DNA of 64,000 bases. Source: Gammaproteobacteria bacterium (lineage in GTDB: Bacteria; Pseudomonadota; Gammaproteobacteria; Pseudomonadales; Cellvibrionaceae). Within the stretch, counting starts at the first letter, position 1; each line of letters starts with the position of its first letter. The stretch covers positions 636-64,635 of the forward strand of contig SYDJ01000111.1 in NCBI GenBank assembly GCA_005801205.1. Direction: 5' to 3'. A model generated the notes under the pieces. That model had not been told where the DNA came from. It ran no database searches and saw only the letters and a program-made list of their open reading frames with translations. The translations under genes were made by a program, and so were the position numbers. Shown in pieces: positions 60,802 through 64,000 of the stretch.

Positions 60802-62301
60802 ATGCTAGAAAAGATTGGCAAATATAGAATAGATAGCGAGCTGGGAACGGGCGCTATGGGCGTGGTTTACAAGGCGTTTGATGTGAACATCGAGCGCGTT
60901 GTTGCCTTAAAAACTGTTAGAACCGAATTATTTCGCGACACTCAAGAAGCTAACGATTTATTGGCGCGCTTTAAAAATGAAGCACAAGCTTCAGGGCGCT
61001 TAAGTCATCCCAATATAGTTGCCATTTTCGATTTTGGTGAAGCCGAAAAAATTGCCTATTTAGTCATGGAATATGTAAAAGGCACACCATTGTCATCCGT
61101 ATTAGTACAAGAAAAGCCTACCGATATTGATGTCACTCTTTCGTTTATGAGCCAGCTTTTACACGCCTTGGACTATGCCCATAAACAAGGCGTAGTGCAT
61201 AGGGATATTAAACCGGCAAACTTAATTATCACCCATGATGCACAAGTTAAAATTACAGATTTTGGTATTGCACGAATTGAGTCTTCAACACTCACCCAAT
61301 TCGGTTCAGTCATAGGTACGCCTCGCTATATGTCGCCTGAGCAATTTCGTGGTGAGATAGTTGATGGGCGAACGGATGTATTTGCGGCGGGCGTTATTTT
61401 ATATAGGCTCTTAACAGGCCGCGAACCCTTTGATGGTTCAGCCGCTATTGTTATGCATCAAATTCTTAATGAACCTGCGCGCAACCCTTCAGATGTTAAT
61501 AATGATGTTGCGTATGAATTTAATGACGTGATTCAAAAAGCATTAGCAAAGTCACCTCATGAACGCTATGCATCAGCCCAAGATTTTTTAAATGCGTTAG
61601 AAGCTGCCTACCGTACAAGCAAGCTACGTTTAGGCGAAAGCCCTGAGGTCAACGATGATCGCACCATTTTATCGTACCAACGTACCTTAACCGAATCTCG
61701 AATTATTGCAGGTAAACATCCCATCCCTACTTACTCCCAAGGTTCAATAAACTCAGCATCAATCAATACTGTTACTCCATGGAAAATTGACATACAGCCT
61801 CAATTACAAACAATACTGGCGAAACATGTAGGCCCAATGGCTCGAGTGTTATTGAAAAACGCTATGGCGAATGCAAATAACTTAAATGAAGTTTGCAATG
61901 CGCTCACGCCACACATTCCAACTGAAAAAGGAAGAAGTGATTTTTTAGATAGCCTGCGGGCACTTAACAAATCATTTGCCGATAGCGCAATTACGAAAGG
62001 GGCAGCCACCTCCACAAGTATTACCGGAATTTTAACACCAGAAACTCAAACCTTACTTTCCCGCACCAAAAGCTTAGATTCACACACAAGCATTTCTAGT
62101 GCCATGCTAACGCCTGACTCTGAAGTTCTAGAGAAAACAGAAAGCATTTTAACCAACTATATTGGTCCAATCGCTAAAATCCTTACTAAAAAAACCCTCA
62201 AGCAAACTCAAAACAAGAGGGAGCTCTTTCACCTATTATCGCTACATATAACCACCACTGCAGACCGTGCAAACTTTTTGAAGCAGGTTGAATCTTTATA
62301 G
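60802..62301 (+). CDS. Cytoplasmic Ser/Thr protein kinase with a duplicated C-terminal helical module
   Basis: LGTGAMG, VALK, HRDIKPAN, DFG, GTPRYMSPE; no TM; two repeats of L....GP.A..L.K...L..HI....R..FL. Confidence 0.92.
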   Translation: MLEKIGKYRIDSELGTGAMGVVYKAFDVNIERVVALKTVRTELFRDTQEANDLLARFKNEAQASGRLSHPNIVAIFDFGEAEKIAYLVMEYVKGTPLSSVLVQEKPTDIDVTLSFMSQLLHALDYAHKQGVVHRDIKPANLIITHDAQVKITDFGIARIESSTLTQFGSVIGTPRYMSPEQFRGEIVDGRTDVFAAGVILYRLLTGREPFDGSAAIVMHQILNEPARNPSDVNNDVAYEFNDVIQKALAKSPHERYASAQDFLNALEAAYRTSKLRLGESPEVNDDRTILSYQRTLTESRIIAGKHPIPTYSQGSINSASINTVTPWKIDIQPQLQTILAKHVGPMARVLLKNAMANANNLNEVCNALTPHIPTEKGRSDFLDSLRALNKSFADSAITKGAATSTSITGILTPETQTLLSRTKSLDSHTSISSAMLTPDSEVLEKTESILTNYIGPIAKILTKKTLKQTQNKRELFHLLSLHITTTADRANFLKQVESL

Positions 62302-62302
62302 T

Positions 62303-62413
62303 ATTGTCAATGAGCCCTTCTGCTCCTTTCAACTTATGGTTTAAACACTTTTCGGCAATATGACCTTGAAACCCAGCGACGAAAGCAAGCTGAGGCTTAG
62401 CATCAACCTTCAT
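62303..62413 (-). pseudogene. Fragment of a tyrosine integrase C-terminus
   Basis: Translates as GFQGHIAEKCLNHKLKGAEG, resembling integrase box II (G...HVAE.CLNH.L.GVEGIY); the catalytic Tyr and the upstream gene body are missing. Confidence 0.65.
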
Positions 62414-62517
62414 CGTGATGGGGGATAAGTTAAAACCCGTAATCTACGTAAGCCGGCCTAGCGCTTTTCCATGTATTCATAGTTATTATAAATACGTGTC
62501 AGTTGTGGCTTTCAAGG

Positions 62518-62574
62518 AAAAGTGGTGGCAGATTCGAAACTAAAAAATCGGCCACCATTCCTGCCACCACTTTT
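62518..62574. repeat. 14-bp inverted repeat with tandem GCCACCA, integrase arm-site-like
   Basis: AAAAGTGGTGGCAG (62518-31) / CTGCCACCACTTTT (62561-74); GCCACCA at 62551 and 62563. Confidence 0.6.
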
Positions 62575-62674
62575 GTGCAACTGCCTGCAATTTTCTGAGC
62601 TTTTACGATAGAAAGAAAATTTATAGCGCATTGAATTCATTGTGAAATATTGCAAAATAAAATCCCATGAAAGC

Positions 62675-63544
62675 CTATTCGATATTCTGCACCTGCTCCC
62701 GCATCTGCTCAATCAGCACCTTCAGCTCCACTGCGGCTTGCGTAGTATCGCTGACAATACTTTTGGAAGAGAGGGTATTGGCTTCGCGATTCAACTCTTG
62801 CATCAAAAAATCTAAACGACGACCGAGTGAGTCAGTTTGCTTCAGGCTGCGTTTTACTTCAATAACGTGAGTGTCGAGGCGATCCAATTCTTCGTCTACA
62901 TCCGCTTTTTGAGCGAGCATAACGATCTCTTGCTCAAGGCGCTCGGGGTCTAAATCAATTTGTAGTGCGGTAAGTTTGGTTTGGAGTTTTTCGCGTTGAG
63001 CCGCCAAAATGTCTGGCAGGCGTGCGCGCACGGCGAGAACTTGTGCGGAAACGGCATCCAGTCTTTGCAAAATAAGTTGTTCGAGCTCATTGCCTTCGCG
63101 GGTGCGGTGTTCGATTAATCCGTCTAAAGCGGAATCAAATAACTTTAAAACAGTTGCCTGCATAGCCTCGCGGTCAACTTCTTGTTTTTGAAGCACACCT
63201 GGGTACTTGAGGATATCTAAAGCATTGATCGGCGCAGCGGCGGCGCCAAGGAGGTGATTAATGTGCTGCGCAGCTTTTGTGAGCTGAGTAACGCGGCTGA
63301 CATTGATGCCCAATTCAGCTTCGCCTTCTTGTTCCCATTGAACGCTCAAGCTGGCTTCGACTTTGCCGCGCTGTAAGGCTTTGCGCATAGCTTCGCGCAA
63401 ATGGGGTTCAATTTCACGGAAATCTTCCGGCAGGCGAAAGCTTGGCTCTAAATAGCGATGATTTACGCTGCGAATCTCCCAAACGGCGGTGCCCCAGGAG
63501 AGTTTCGCTTCACGGCGCGCGAAACCGGTCATACTGCGTGGCAT
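62675..63544 (-). CDS. yicC: YicC/YloC-family endoribonuclease
   Basis: SMTGFAR, EIRSVNHRYLE, RGKVE, KADV.EELDRL..H, GRRLDFLMQELNREANTL.SK, EQ.QNIE. Confidence 0.97.
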   Translation of the reverse strand: MPRSMTGFARREAKLSWGTAVWEIRSVNHRYLEPSFRLPEDFREIEPHLREAMRKALQRGKVEASLSVQWEQEGEAELGINVSRVTQLTKAAQHINHLLGAAAAPINALDILKYPGVLQKQEVDREAMQATVLKLFDSALDGLIEHRTREGNELEQLILQRLDAVSAQVLAVRARLPDILAAQREKLQTKLTALQIDLDPERLEQEIVMLAQKADVDEELDRLDTHVIEVKRSLKQTDSLGRRLDFLMQELNREANTLSSKSIVSDTTQAAVELKVLIEQMREQVQNIE

Positions 63545-63729
63545 AAAATCTCCTTACTTTGCCCTTGGCTTATGGCCAAGGCTTAATGGGTTGATGACTT
63601 ATAGCCGATAGAACTGGTAGAGTTCGACGGCTTTTTTAAAGAGTTCGGCTGTTTTTTTAAGTCCAATTATTATAGGCGGATGGTATCACACCTTCCCGAC
63701 AGTCCATTTCACGCAGTAAGGATTTATCT

Positions 63730-64000
63730 ATGCAACGCCCCAGTGGTCGCAACCCCAATCAACTCCGCGATATTCGCATCACCCGTCACTACACTAAACA
63801 TGCCGAAGGCTCAGTTTTAGTGGAGTTTGGCGATACCAAAGTCATTTGTACCGCCAGTGTAGTGAACAGCGTTCCCAGCTTTTTACGCGGCAAGGGGCAA
63901 GGTTGGCTCACGGCTGAATACGGCATGTTGCCACGCTCTACAGGCACCCGTATGGATCGCGAAGCAGCACGCGGTAAACAACAGGGCCGCACCGTAGAAA
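63730..64000 (+). CDS. rph: Ribonuclease PH (3'-truncated by the window edge; absent from the ORF track)
   Basis: [43 protein letters not shown]...[14 protein letters not shown]; divergent from yicC. Confidence 0.97.
   Translation, partial: MQRPSGRNPNQLRDIRITRHYTKHAEGSVLVEFGDTKVICTASVVNSVPSFLRGKGQGWLTAEYGMLPRSTGTRMDREAARGKQQGRTVE

Larger units (their letters stand above)
27480..62640. mobile_element. Putative degenerate genomic island carrying the T6SS, bounded by yrdA and the yicC 3' end
   Basis: Accessory genes with visibly higher AT content, an integrase fragment and arm-like repeats adjacent to yicC; the left boundary is approximate and no att duplication was found. Confidence 0.55.

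Noticed and set aside
62521-62545. tRNA-like fragment (GGTGGCAGATTCGAAAC)
   Set aside because: Only a T-loop-like heptamer; no cloverleaf or CCA end can be built

Overview
Gammaproteobacterial chromosomal segment, most likely Cellvibrio/Cellvibrionaceae (inferred from CBM2-poly-Ser-linker cellulases and Pseudomonas-like core gene order). The left ~27.3 kb is mostly core genome: glyS, a DUF4160/DUF2442 toxin-antitoxin-like pair, gmhB, plsC, gpmI, envC, ctpA, a yibQ-like deacetylase, hisB-H-A-(esterase)-F, tandem GH5 and GH6 cellulases, a kinase/response regulator/M23 peptidase module, a membrane AraC regulator, prlC and a gamma-carbonic anhydrase. Four different palindromic repeat families occur there, one of them in frame inside the ctpA N-terminus. 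The right ~35 kb (27.5-62.6 kb), between yrdA and the 3' end of yicC, is a visibly more AT-rich island with a complete T6SS: tssA-M with two tssC copies, hcp, vgrG, PAAR, Fha/TagF/PppA, two Ser/Thr kinases, two lipase-fold effector candidates and one immunity candidate. The most unusual items are: (1) an intact RAYT/HUH-transposase homolog inside the T6SS that lacks its catalytic residues; (2) a three-gene module after clpV encoding a secreted protein, a c-type-heme/HAMP sensor with no output domain, and a cytoplasmic Ser/Thr kinase; (3) a tssE that seems to need a non-canonical start codon; (4) a 198-bp IS4-type MITE with an 11-bp target duplication; (5) a decayed tyrosine-integrase fragment and arm-site-like repeats next to yicC. 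All family calls are by motif recognition by eye; no searches were run.
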